A stretch of DNA of 64,000 bases, from NCBI GenBank assembly GCA_963751455.1, contig CAVVUN010000012.1, positions 544,001-608,000 of the forward strand, read 5' to 3'. Position numbers and translations under genes: made by a program. This stretch comes from Nitrospirota bacterium. Lineage in GTDB: Bacteria; Nitrospirota; UBA9217. Shown here one piece after another: positions 37,197 to 45,836 of the stretch (positions are counted from its first letter, which is position 1; every line of letters starts with the position of its first letter). The notes beneath the pieces are model-generated. The model did no database searches. It had not been told where the DNA came from and saw only the letters and a list, made by a program, of their open reading frames with translations.

Positions 37197-38699
37197 CTAC
37201 TCCTTCACAACCACCGTCTTTATATTCACGAACTCCTTCAATCCGTAGTGCGACAGCTCTCTGCCGATGCCCGATTTTTTTACACCCCCGAACGGCAGCC
37301 GGGGATCGGATTTCACCATGTCGTTGATTGCCACGAAACCGGATTCGATCCTCGCAGCAAGCTTCTCCGCCCTGTCCGTGTTCCGGCTCCAGATTGATGC
37401 GCCAAGCCCGAACTGCGTGTCGTTCGCGATTTTGACCGCATCCTCCTCGCTTTTGACGATTACGACCGGCGCTATGGGGCCGAAAACCTCCTCGGTCATC
37501 ACTTTGCTGTTCAGTTTCGGATTGTATATTGCGCAGGGAGAAAAGAAAAATCCTTTCTTGAACCCTGTCCGGTCCGTTTGCACGATTTCGGCGCCTCCTG
37601 TCCTGGCGTCGAGAAGCTGTCTCTTCAGCGCGTCGAGAAGGTCGCGCCGGGCCAGTGGTCCGACATCGGTATTTTCGTCCATGGGATCACCGAGCTTGAG
37701 CTCTTTCAGTCGCGCCATGAAATGGTTTTTGAAGTCTTCCGCCACGCTTTCCATCACGATAAACCGCTTGGCCGCGATGCAGCTCTGGCCCGCATTGATC
37801 ATGCGCGCATTTGCCGCAATCCTGCCTGCCTTTGCAACATCGGCATCATCGAGCACGATAAAGGGATCGGAGCCGCCAAGCTCGAGGACGACCTTCTTGA
37901 TCCTGGCTGCGGCATGAGCGCCGACCTCCTCTCCTGCGGCATTGCTGCCGGTCAGGGATACGGCATCTACCTTATCGTTATCGATGAGGCTAAGCGCTTC
38001 TTTTGAATCGATCATCACCGTCTTGAACACGTTCTCCGGGAACCCGGCCGACGTGAATGCGTTCTCGATGGACATTGCTGTCTGCGGCACGTTCGACGCG
38101 TGCTTCAGCAGGATCACGTTTCCTGCCGCGACCGCAGGTACGCCGAACCGGAAAGCCTGCCAGAAGGGAAAGTTCCAGGGCATGATTGCGAGTACCACAC
38201 CCAACGGCTGGAACATCGCATAGCTCTTCCTGTTTTCGGTCTTGATCTCTTCCGGCTGCAGCATCGTTTCGACATCGCCGGCATAATAGTCGCACAGCCA
38301 GGCGCATTTCTCGATTTCAGCCAGCGACTCCTTTATCGGCTTGCCCATCTCCCGCGTGATCAGTTCAGCGTACTTCCGCTTTTCAGCTCTCAGATGATCG
38401 CCGAGTTTCCTGATAGAGGCGGCCCGTTCAGAAACCGGGACATCTTTCCAGGACCCGAATGCAAGACGCGACTTTTCAAGCTGTTCGTCGAGCTCATACC
38501 GGTTCATAAGCGGGATTTCCATCATTACTTCTTCAGTAAAGGGATTTATGGATGGTATGGTCTTTCTTTTTTCTTTATATGATTTCAGCGAGCTGATCTT
38601 CATTTTTTTTACCCCCTGGTTGGAGGACGCGCCTTCTTTTCGAATTGAAGTTACCTTGCCTTTGCCTGCAGACTTCCTGACCTGTTTTTTTACAGCCAT
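37197..38699 (-). CDS. gabD: NAD(P)-dependent succinate-semialdehyde dehydrogenase
   Basis: SINP, EMGKP, IMPWNFPFWQ, LKHASNV, LELGGSDPF, catalytic GQSCIAAKR, EEVFGP, PFGGVKKSG; GAGGAGG RBS. Confidence 0.88.
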   Translation of the reverse strand: MAVKKQVRKSAGKGKVTSIRKEGASSNQGVKKMKISSLKSYKEKRKTIPSINPFTEEVMMEIPLMNRYELDEQLEKSRLAFGSWKDVPVSERAASIRKLGDHLRAEKRKYAELITREMGKPIKESLAEIEKCAWLCDYYAGDVETMLQPEEIKTENRKSYAMFQPLGVVLAIMPWNFPFWQAFRFGVPAVAAGNVILLKHASNVPQTAMSIENAFTSAGFPENVFKTVMIDSKEALSLIDNDKVDAVSLTGSNAAGEEVGAHAAARIKKVVLELGGSDPFIVLDDADVAKAGRIAANARMINAGQSCIAAKRFIVMESVAEDFKNHFMARLKELKLGDPMDENTDVGPLARRDLLDALKRQLLDARTGGAEIVQTDRTGFKKGFFFSPCAIYNPKLNSKVMTEEVFGPIAPVVIVKSEEDAVKIANDTQFGLGASIWSRNTDRAEKLAARIESGFVAINDMVKSDPRLPFGGVKKSGIGRELSHYGLKEFVNIKTVVVKE

Positions 38700-38749
38700 G
38701 CGTCCTCCTCAATTTCAATTTACAGAAAAGCAAAACCAGAATCGAAGTT

Positions 38750-38835
38750 TATCCGCAGATTTCGCAGATGTCGCAGATTTGAAAAAAATAAATGAGCTCT
38801 GGTTTAATCGGAGAAATCTGCGTAATCTGCGGATA
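38750..38835. repeat. Periodic-arm palindrome (the core found inside family A)
   Basis: TATCCGCAGATTTCGCAGATGTCGCAGAT…AAATCTGCGTAATCTGCGGATA. Confidence 0.75.
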
Positions 38836-38848
38836 ATGTTTTCCGCGT

Positions 38849-40060
38849 TCAGACCCTTTTCTCAATCGGCACATACACGCACCCGGTTCTGCCGCAGTAA
38901 TTGCCCACATAATCGGACGAGGGCCTGTACAGCGCGGGCTTGGCCTGTGCCTCTCCGAATTTCTCCTCGATAATATGGGCGGTCCATCCCGCCATGCGCG
39001 AAACGGCGAACAGGGGCGTCATGAGGTCCCCGGGAATGCCTATGATGTGGTACACAGGTGCGCTGTAGAAATCGACATTCGGCTTTATCGTTGTCTTGCC
39101 CCTTTTCCCGAGCTCGGCAAGCGCAGTCTGCTCGATCTCGCCCAGGATGCGCTGCCACTGCTCTTCGCCGAATTTTGCGCCGAGCCGCTGCCCCATTTCC
39201 TTGAGGAACCGTGCACGCGGGTCGGTTGTTTTGTAAACAGCATGCCCTATCCCCATGACCTTCTGTCCAAGGGCGAGCCTTTTTCTCACCCAGCCGGAAA
39301 TGTCCGTCTCCTGCTGGAGTTCAATCAGCATCTTCATTACTTCCGCATTTGCTCCGCCGTGCAGACTGCCTGAAAGAGCGCCCACTCCCGCTGCAATGCC
39401 CGCATACATATGTGCGCCGGTAGAAACGACCTCCCGGCATGCGAAGGTCGACGCATTGAATGAATGTTCGGCATGCAGAATGAGCGCGATGTCAAGGTCG
39501 CGTGCCATCTCAGGGTCGGGTTTTCTTCCAGTCAGTTCCCACAGAAAATTTGCCGCGTGGGAAAGTGCGTCATCGGGCGGGAGCAGCTCGAGGCCTTTCC
39601 GGATACGGTGCCATGAAGCGATCACCTCCGCGGTTCGAGCGATAAGCCTGATCGCCTTTAAAACGTTCGCTTCCCGGGTCTCCTCGGATAATTGCGGATC
39701 AGCTATCGCCAGAAGCGGAATCGCTGCCTGGAGCACATCCATAGGCGGAGACTGCGTCGGCAGCCGGCGAAGCGTCTGAAGCACGTAACCCGGAAGGCTT
39801 CGGGCATCCGTCAGTTTTTGACGGAATTTCTTGAGTTCCTGCCCGGAGGGCAGCGCATCGTACAGCAGCAGGTACGCTGTCTCTTCAAATGTGGAGTTTT
39901 TCGCAAGGTCTTCGATCCGGTACCCGCGGTAAATCAAGACGCCATTCTCTCCATCCACGTCGGATATCCTGGTATCCGCGACCGATACGCCCCGCAGACC
40001 GATGTTCTTTGTTTTCTGAGCACCGCGTGAGATATCCACTACCTGAGCTTTTGCAGCCAT
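38849..40060 (-). CDS. Citrate synthase
   Basis: GLRGV, LIYRGY, LHAEHSFNAST, LSGSLHGGAN, MGIGHAVYK..DPR, PNVDFYS, FAVSRMAGW; AAGGAG RBS. Confidence 0.95.
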   Translation of the reverse strand: MAAKAQVVDISRGAQKTKNIGLRGVSVADTRISDVDGENGVLIYRGYRIEDLAKNSTFEETAYLLLYDALPSGQELKKFRQKLTDARSLPGYVLQTLRRLPTQSPPMDVLQAAIPLLAIADPQLSEETREANVLKAIRLIARTAEVIASWHRIRKGLELLPPDDALSHAANFLWELTGRKPDPEMARDLDIALILHAEHSFNASTFACREVVSTGAHMYAGIAAGVGALSGSLHGGANAEVMKMLIELQQETDISGWVRKRLALGQKVMGIGHAVYKTTDPRARFLKEMGQRLGAKFGEEQWQRILGEIEQTALAELGKRGKTTIKPNVDFYSAPVYHIIGIPGDLMTPLFAVSRMAGWTAHIIEEKFGEAQAKPALYRPSSDYVGNYCGRTGCVYVPIEKRV

Positions 40061-40113
40061 ACGCAATACTCCTTAGGTTAGTTTGTGGAAATTTTACTTA
40101 TGCCGTCCTCTCC

Positions 40114-42057
40114 TTAAACATGCACCAACAGCTGCTCCTTCACATAGTTCAGCGCTCCACCGGCCAGAAGATATTTTCGTTGCCGTTCGGAAACATCGAG
40201 AACGGTGGTGATGGCCTGACCATCTATCTCAACCGGTATCTCGCGGTCCCCCCGTTCGACCCTTTTTCTAATGTCAACGAACACAAGCTTCGTACCCTTC
40301 GTGAGCCGCTCGTAGTCTTCCGGGTCCTTGAATGTGAGCGGTAGTATGCCGAAGTTGCAGAGGTTAGACTTGTGGATGCGGGCAAAACTTTTGGCGATTT
40401 TCGCGCGGACACCGAGGTACCTCGGCGCGAGCGCGGCATGCTCCCGGCTGGACCCCTGCCCGTAATTTTCACCACCGGCGACAACCACAATACCCAGTGC
40501 CCTGCACTCTTTTGCGAAGCCCGGGTCCACCTGGGAAAATACGAACTCCGAAAGGGCCTCGATGTTCGAACGGAAAGGAAGCACCCTGTTTCCTGCGGGC
40601 ATGATGCCGTCGGTCGACATATTATCGCCCACCTTGAGTGCAACGTGGGCAACAAGCGTTTGCGGCAGGGGTTCCAGCTCAGGCAGCGGTTTTATGTTCG
40701 GGCCCCGAATGATCTCGCTCTTTGCGGCTTGTTCTGACGGAAAAATAATCGAGCTCTCGTCGATCCGGTATTGTTTCGGGTCCTCCACCCGGGGATACTC
40801 CATTTCAAGTGCAAGCTCGCGCGGGTCAATTACGATCCCTTTTATCGCTGCTGCAGTCGCGGTCTCAGGCGAGCAGAGGTAGACCCTGTCGTCCTTTGTT
40901 CCTGATCTGCCCGGGAAATTCCGCGGGAAGGTGCGCAGGCTTACTTCACCGGTACCCGGCGCCTGGCCCATGCCTATGCACCCCTGGCAGCCCGGCTCGT
41001 GCACTCGTGCTCCGGACGTTAAAAAGGAAAGCAGTCCGCCGGCATGATACACATTCTCGAGCACCTGCCTGCTTCCGGGATTTACGTGAAACGATGTGTC
41101 AGGATGCACTCGCCTGCCGTCAAGCATTCTGGCTGCGGTCATGAGATCCCGGAACGAAGAATTTACGCTGCTGCCCACAATCGCCTGGTCCACTTTAAGG
41201 CCCGCAATCTCCTTTACCGGAACAACATTCCCGGGTGATGTCGGCTTCGCGATGAGCGGTTCAAGGCTGGAAAGGTCGAGCTCGGCATTTTCATCGTAGG
41301 ATGCGCCCTCATCCGCAGAAAGCGGAATCCATGCTTCTCCCCGGCCCTGCGCGACCAGATACTCCCGAGTCCTCTCATCCGAGGGAAAGATGCTCGTTGT
41401 TGCGCCGGTCTCAGTGCCCATGTTGCCGATGGTCTCCCGGTCTGTTGCCGAAAGATTTTTTACGCCCGGTCCGTAGTATTCGATAATTTTTCCGCTGCAG
41501 CCCTTTACGTCATAACGCCGGAGCATTTCGAGGATGACGTCCTTGGCGCTCACCCACTCCGGGAGCCTCCCGGTAAGCCGCACGCCAAGCACCCGCGGAC
41601 AGGGAAGGTGGTACGGATAGCCTGCCATTGCGAGTGCGACGTCCAAGCCGCCTGCGCCGATGCCGAGCATCGACACGCCCGCAGCGCCAGGGGTGTGACT
41701 GTCCGCGCCGAGAAGCGTCCTGCCGGGAATACCGAAGCGCTCCATATGGACCTGGTGGGAAACTCCGTTGCCCGGCTTGCTGAAATGGACCCCGTACCGG
41801 GCAGCCGCGGTTTGCAGAAACTTGTGGTCGTCCGCGTTCTTGTTGTCTGTCTGCAGGAGGTTATGATCCACGTATTGCGCGGCCAGTCCGGCCCTCACCC
41901 TGTCTATGCCCAGGGCTTCGAACTCAAGCATGGCGAGCGTGCCGGTTGCGTCCTGCAAAAGCGTATGGTCGATTGTAATCCCGATCTCCTTGCCGGGCGC
42001 CAGTTCCCCTTCCGCCAGATGGGCTTCCAGGATCTTTTGAGTCAGGTTCTTCTTCAT
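40114..42057 (-). CDS. Aconitate hydratase (short single-subunit type)
   Basis: NLTQKIL, LLQDATGT, YVDHN, GADSHT, GCQGCIGMG, RTFPRNF, STDGIMP, NYGQGSSREHA, SFARIH. Confidence 0.95.
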   Translation of the reverse strand: MKKNLTQKILEAHLAEGELAPGKEIGITIDHTLLQDATGTLAMLEFEALGIDRVRAGLAAQYVDHNLLQTDNKNADDHKFLQTAAARYGVHFSKPGNGVSHQVHMERFGIPGRTLLGADSHTPGAAGVSMLGIGAGGLDVALAMAGYPYHLPCPRVLGVRLTGRLPEWVSAKDVILEMLRRYDVKGCSGKIIEYYGPGVKNLSATDRETIGNMGTETGATTSIFPSDERTREYLVAQGRGEAWIPLSADEGASYDENAELDLSSLEPLIAKPTSPGNVVPVKEIAGLKVDQAIVGSSVNSSFRDLMTAARMLDGRRVHPDTSFHVNPGSRQVLENVYHAGGLLSFLTSGARVHEPGCQGCIGMGQAPGTGEVSLRTFPRNFPGRSGTKDDRVYLCSPETATAAAIKGIVIDPRELALEMEYPRVEDPKQYRIDESSIIFPSEQAAKSEIIRGPNIKPLPELEPLPQTLVAHVALKVGDNMSTDGIMPAGNRVLPFRSNIEALSEFVFSQVDPGFAKECRALGIVVVAGGENYGQGSSREHAALAPRYLGVRAKIAKSFARIHKSNLCNFGILPLTFKDPEDYERLTKGTKLVFVDIRKRVERGDREIPVEIDGQAITTVLDVSERQRKYLLAGGALNYVKEQLLVHV

Positions 42058-42205
42058 GGTGCTGTCCTCGCAGTCCAGGATGTATTCAGGATAAAAATAC
42101 TCTTTTTTAGAAGAGCATATACCTAATAACATTTTAGCATAATTTCATTCTGCTGCAGGTTAAGAGCGCAACGCAGGGAGGAGAGAGCAATAATCCGCGA
42201 TTTAC

Positions 42206-42232
42206 AAAAAAAGCACCTTACGGGTGCGTTTT
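42206..42232 (-). terminator. Intrinsic terminator after the DUF294 gene
   Basis: Minus strand GCACC-CGTAA-GGTGC-TTTTTTT. Confidence 0.6.
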
Positions 42233-42269
42233 GTCAGCGCAGGCTTTGGCCTGTCTTTTAGGCAACCTG

Positions 42270-44165
42270 CTAGAGTACCATATAGCCGTATCTTTTCATT
42301 GCTGCGTTCTGAATCGCTGAAATGATTTTAAAGGCTTCTTTTAAGAGTGTTTGCTCCAGAATACCGAGCTCATACGGATCGATGAAATTATCGGGTTCTC
42401 TGCCGTCCCGGATCTGATCAAATTGATGCCGGAGTCTCAGCGACATGAGAAATTCAAAGGCGTGCTCAAGTTCATGATCCTTTTCCGGGAGCGCGCCGCG
42501 GTCCCCGCTCTGGAGCTCCTTCAGCCTGCCGATCGTAGAGGTTTCGTAGACCCTGGATTCGAGCGCGGAAAGCCGCGCGGCATCGATGATCGGAGTAAGC
42601 GCGTTCAGCTTAAGATTGATTTTCCCTTTATGCTCTCCTTTTTTTTCACAGCTGAAGGCCCTGAAGAAACCGATCGGCGGTCTGTTTTTTGCTGCGGTCG
42701 CTGCCATGTGCGCCAGGAAGAGACTTTTACCTCTTGTCTCATGGCCGAGAAACGCCCTCAGCTTTTCAGCCATCAGAACGTCGCCATAAACCGGCCTGAA
42801 ATCGAAAAATATAAGGGACTGCAGAATTGCATCGGGAGTCGGACAGTTTATCCAGTTCGAGAAATAGCGTTTCCAGACACTCAGCGGCTGGCGCCATTTC
42901 GGATTGCTCGCCATATAATCGGCCTTGCATGCCGGAAACCCGCAGCGCACGAGGGCTTCTTTCATTGATGCGGCAAACGCCGAAAAATAACGTTGCGCCG
43001 CTTCGCCTTCTTCAGTGTCCTCGTAGATGATCGCGTTGTCCTGATCGGTCTTGAAAGTCTGCTCCTTTCTTCCCTCACTGCCGTAAACGATCCAGCAGTA
43101 GCGCACCGGCGGCGGCCCGAGCCTTGCCTCCGTAATTTCGAGGACCTTTCTCAAAAGCCGGTCGTTTATCTCGGTTATGATCCTGGTTATGTTGCCGGCC
43201 TTCGCGCCTTCCCTGATCAGAAGGCTGACAATTCTGTCTATCTTTCGAGAGACAGGCACAAGCCCGTCTATTGTGGTCTGGTTCTCCACCTCGCGCGCGA
43301 CCGACAAGGGAGAGGTTCCCTGAAGCATCATGAGATCGTGGTTCGTTATTATTCCCCTGAGTTCGCCCTTATTCACTACGAGCAGGTGGTGTATGTTATA
43401 CCGTATCATCTTCAGAAGGGCTTCGAAGCAGTAATCGCCCGCTTCCGATTTTATAATCGTGACGCTCATAATGTCTCCGACCCTTCCCGCGGTGTCCCTG
43501 CCCTTCGCCACCACCTTGTTCCTGAGGTCGCGGTCGGTAATAAGGCCGCTCGGGAGGCCCGAGGAATCAAGCAGGACGAGGCAGCTTATGCCATGTTCCG
43601 CCATAAGCTCGGCCGCCCTCCGTATACTTACATCCTCGGAAGCCGTTATCAGCTTTTTTGAGGCAAGGTCACGAAGCACGTTCGTAAAGAGCAGCTTGTC
43701 TCCGCCGCCGTACAGAAGCGTCCGGTCCCGCATATCCTTGTAGGTCATATCGGCAAGACGGGTGATCACGGACCTGAAACAGAAATCTGAAAATCGACCG
43801 CTCGTTTTTAAGAGCTCTAAAACCGTTTCCTTCCTGATCAGATAGCATGAAGTATCTTCGGTGGCGGCAACGGAATCCATGGAGACGGTTCCGTATACGA
43901 GCGAAAGCATCCCGAAGAAATCGCCGGGACCCCGGTTACCGACAAGGACTTCTTCTCCTTCATTGGTCACGACGAACACTCTGACCGCTCCGCTTCGTAT
44001 AACGCTGAGGTATTCCGGCGCCGGCCCGTTCTGACGGAGAATTATTTTTCCCTTCGGGTGAAACTCCATGAGCATCTCTTTTGATATGCTGCGCAGGACG
44101 TCCTGCGCAAGGAACGAGAATGGAGGCGTCTGTATGAGAAGGTTGAATGGGTCTTCGGTAAGCAT
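42270..44165 (-). CDS. cNMP-binding / CBS / DUF294 nucleotidyltransferase-like signalling protein
   Basis: PPFSFL…IRSGAV..GDFFG (cNMP), GLITDRDLR and IHHL (CBS pair), GSEGRKEQTFKTDQDNA, IFFDFR, NLKLNAL.PI; exact start uncertain. Confidence 0.9.
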   Translation of the reverse strand: MLTEDPFNLLIQTPPFSFLAQDVLRSISKEMLMEFHPKGKIILRQNGPAPEYLSVIRSGAVRVFVVTNEGEEVLVGNRGPGDFFGMLSLVYGTVSMDSVAATEDTSCYLIRKETVLELLKTSGRFSDFCFRSVITRLADMTYKDMRDRTLLYGGGDKLLFTNVLRDLASKKLITASEDVSIRRAAELMAEHGISCLVLLDSSGLPSGLITDRDLRNKVVAKGRDTAGRVGDIMSVTIIKSEAGDYCFEALLKMIRYNIHHLLVVNKGELRGIITNHDLMMLQGTSPLSVAREVENQTTIDGLVPVSRKIDRIVSLLIREGAKAGNITRIITEINDRLLRKVLEITEARLGPPPVRYCWIVYGSEGRKEQTFKTDQDNAIIYEDTEEGEAAQRYFSAFAASMKEALVRCGFPACKADYMASNPKWRQPLSVWKRYFSNWINCPTPDAILQSLIFFDFRPVYGDVLMAEKLRAFLGHETRGKSLFLAHMAATAAKNRPPIGFFRAFSCEKKGEHKGKINLKLNALTPIIDAARLSALESRVYETSTIGRLKELQSGDRGALPEKDHELEHAFEFLMSLRLRHQFDQIRDGREPDNFIDPYELGILEQTLLKEAFKIISAIQNAAMKRYGYMVL

Positions 44166-44375
44166 ACTGTTTAAAAAGAACATAGCCGCGGAGAAGGCAG
44201 AGCTCGCGGGCGATTGCCGCTTTTCAATCGCCGCTATGCTCATAAAAAATAATACCATTACGGCTTCGAAATGCCAACTCCCTGACGGCATTGAAAATCG
44301 CACAATGAAAATCCGGACTGCCGCTTTGACGGTATATGATTATAGAGAATGGCTCGATCCGCTTTGTCCCATTGT

Positions 44376-44744
44376 TCAGCGCGGCCTGTCGAGCACGTTT
44401 CTGACAGCGCGCTTCATTTCGTCATGGATCAGGGGTTTAATAATGAAATCGCTGGCGCCCGCTTTTATGGATTCGACGGCCGTCGCAAGCGAGGCATAGG
44501 CTGTAATGATGATTACTTTCTGGGAGGGATTCTTCTTGCGGTATTTTGCGAGCAGTTCTATGCCGCTGATGCCAGGAAGAATAATGTCGGTGATTATGAG
44601 ATCGTATGATTCTTTTTCGAGAAGCGTGAAGGCAGTCTCTGCGCTTTCCGCTCTGTCCACTGCATACCCCTCTTTCTCGAAAACTCTCTGAAGGGACTGG
44701 CAGAGCGTATCTTCATCCTCGATTATGAGCAAACGTTCGACCAT
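44376..44744 (-). CDS. Single-domain response regulator (receiver only)
   Basis: LLIIEDE, DLIITDIILPGISG, ITAY, FIIKP. Confidence 0.92.
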   Translation of the reverse strand: MVERLLIIEDEDTLCQSLQRVFEKEGYAVDRAESAETAFTLLEKESYDLIITDIILPGISGIELLAKYRKKNPSQKVIIITAYASLATAVESIKAGASDFIIKPLIHDEMKRAVRNVLDRPR

Positions 44745-44862
44745 AACGCCCACCCGGCTTAATAGAGAGGCATTCAGTCTGTCGCTTCAATTAAAAGTAT
44801 TATATCAGATTTTGAAGCAAATTATTCGCATTTCCCACCTGAACCTGTAATATTGAAAAAGT

Positions 44863-45817
44863 GTAACTACTAGGTCATTTTTTTATCCGCAGATTACGCA
44901 GATAGAAACAAAACCCGAGTTCTGGTTTAAAATCTGCGTCCATCTGCGAAATCTACGGATAGGCGCTTACGCCTATAACATCGACAAAAGATTGTCGATC
45001 TTTAAAAAGAATTTAATGCAAAAACAGGATTATATTGCGCTCGCAAAGGAAGGCCAAATCGCCGGGTTTAAAACCAGACTTAAAGCTACTTTACGAACCA
45101 ACATCTTGAGTTTTTAGTCGAGTCAAAACCAAAACCCAATTTTCACACAAAGCCACGAAGCCACAAAGAAGAAAACTGATTTTTTGTCTTTCGATTTTTG
45201 GTCTTTCTCCGTGTCTTAGTGGCTTCGTGTGAGATCGTTTTAAGGTTTTACTTTTGCTTTATTGGTCTGAGGCGTAACCTCATAAAAGTTTTCTTTGCGT
45301 TCTTTGCGGCTTTGCGAGAGACGCCTTTGACTTTTTGTTGTTATTTCTGTCCCGAAGGGACCATGTCTGCCGGGCGAAGTCCCGGCCGACACGTAGAAGG
45401 CTTTTTGTCAGATTTGTCTCAAAACCGTTCTGAAAAGAAGCTGAATAGTTAGAGTCTGTTTAAATGTCCTTCTTCGTCATGCCGGACTTGATCCGGCATC
45501 CGGAAGGTTATGAAAAGACTGGATTCCAGCGACTCGGCTGAGCTCGTCGAAGTCTTTCGCTGGAATGACGGTACATGTTGAAATAGCAATTAAAATACAA
45601 ATTCTAGTGTAGTGTCTCACAAACGACTGGTGTTATCATAGCGCGGCAGTGCAGCCAAACTTGCAGGGCAAGGCTTTAGCCTTGCGAAAGCGCCGGAACA
45701 GCAGCAACCCTAAAGGGTCGCCCTACAAATTCATCAGCAAATATTTATGCGAAGATAAGTTTTCGATGAGAAATCATCACATAACACCGTCCATTTAAGA
45801 GACACTACACTAGTTAC
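44863..45817. mobile_element. Nested MITE/REP stack: a family-A MITE interrupted by several other elements
   Basis: Left half of family A at 44863-44961, resumed at 45396-45449, final GTTAC at 45813-45817; flanks GAAAAAGT/AAAAAAGT; inserts at 44962-45393, about 45450-45606 and 45605-45813. Confidence 0.8.
45605..45813. mobile_element. MITE family D (TAGTGTAGTGTCTC inverted ends, IS630-like) carrying a REP doublet
   Basis: TIRs TAGTGTAGTGTCTC/GAGACACTACACTA; near-identical inverted copy at 58232-58442. Confidence 0.85.
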
Positions 45818-45836
45818 AAAAAAGTATTCCGGATTT

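Noticed and set aside
34138-44303. Longer ORF-track starts for the kinase, USP, aconitase and DUF294 genes
   Set aside because: The extensions lack homology-like character; downstream ATGs sit at the expected domain starts and, for the kinase, USP and aconitase, have better RBSs.
44962-45393. Group II intron remnant
   Set aside because: No GUGYG 5' end with matching domain V/VI; better explained as a hairpin-ended non-autonomous element.
44863-45817. CRISPR array among the repeats
   Set aside because: Repeats are palindromic dispersed elements, not regularly spaced direct repeats with unique spacers; no cas genes.
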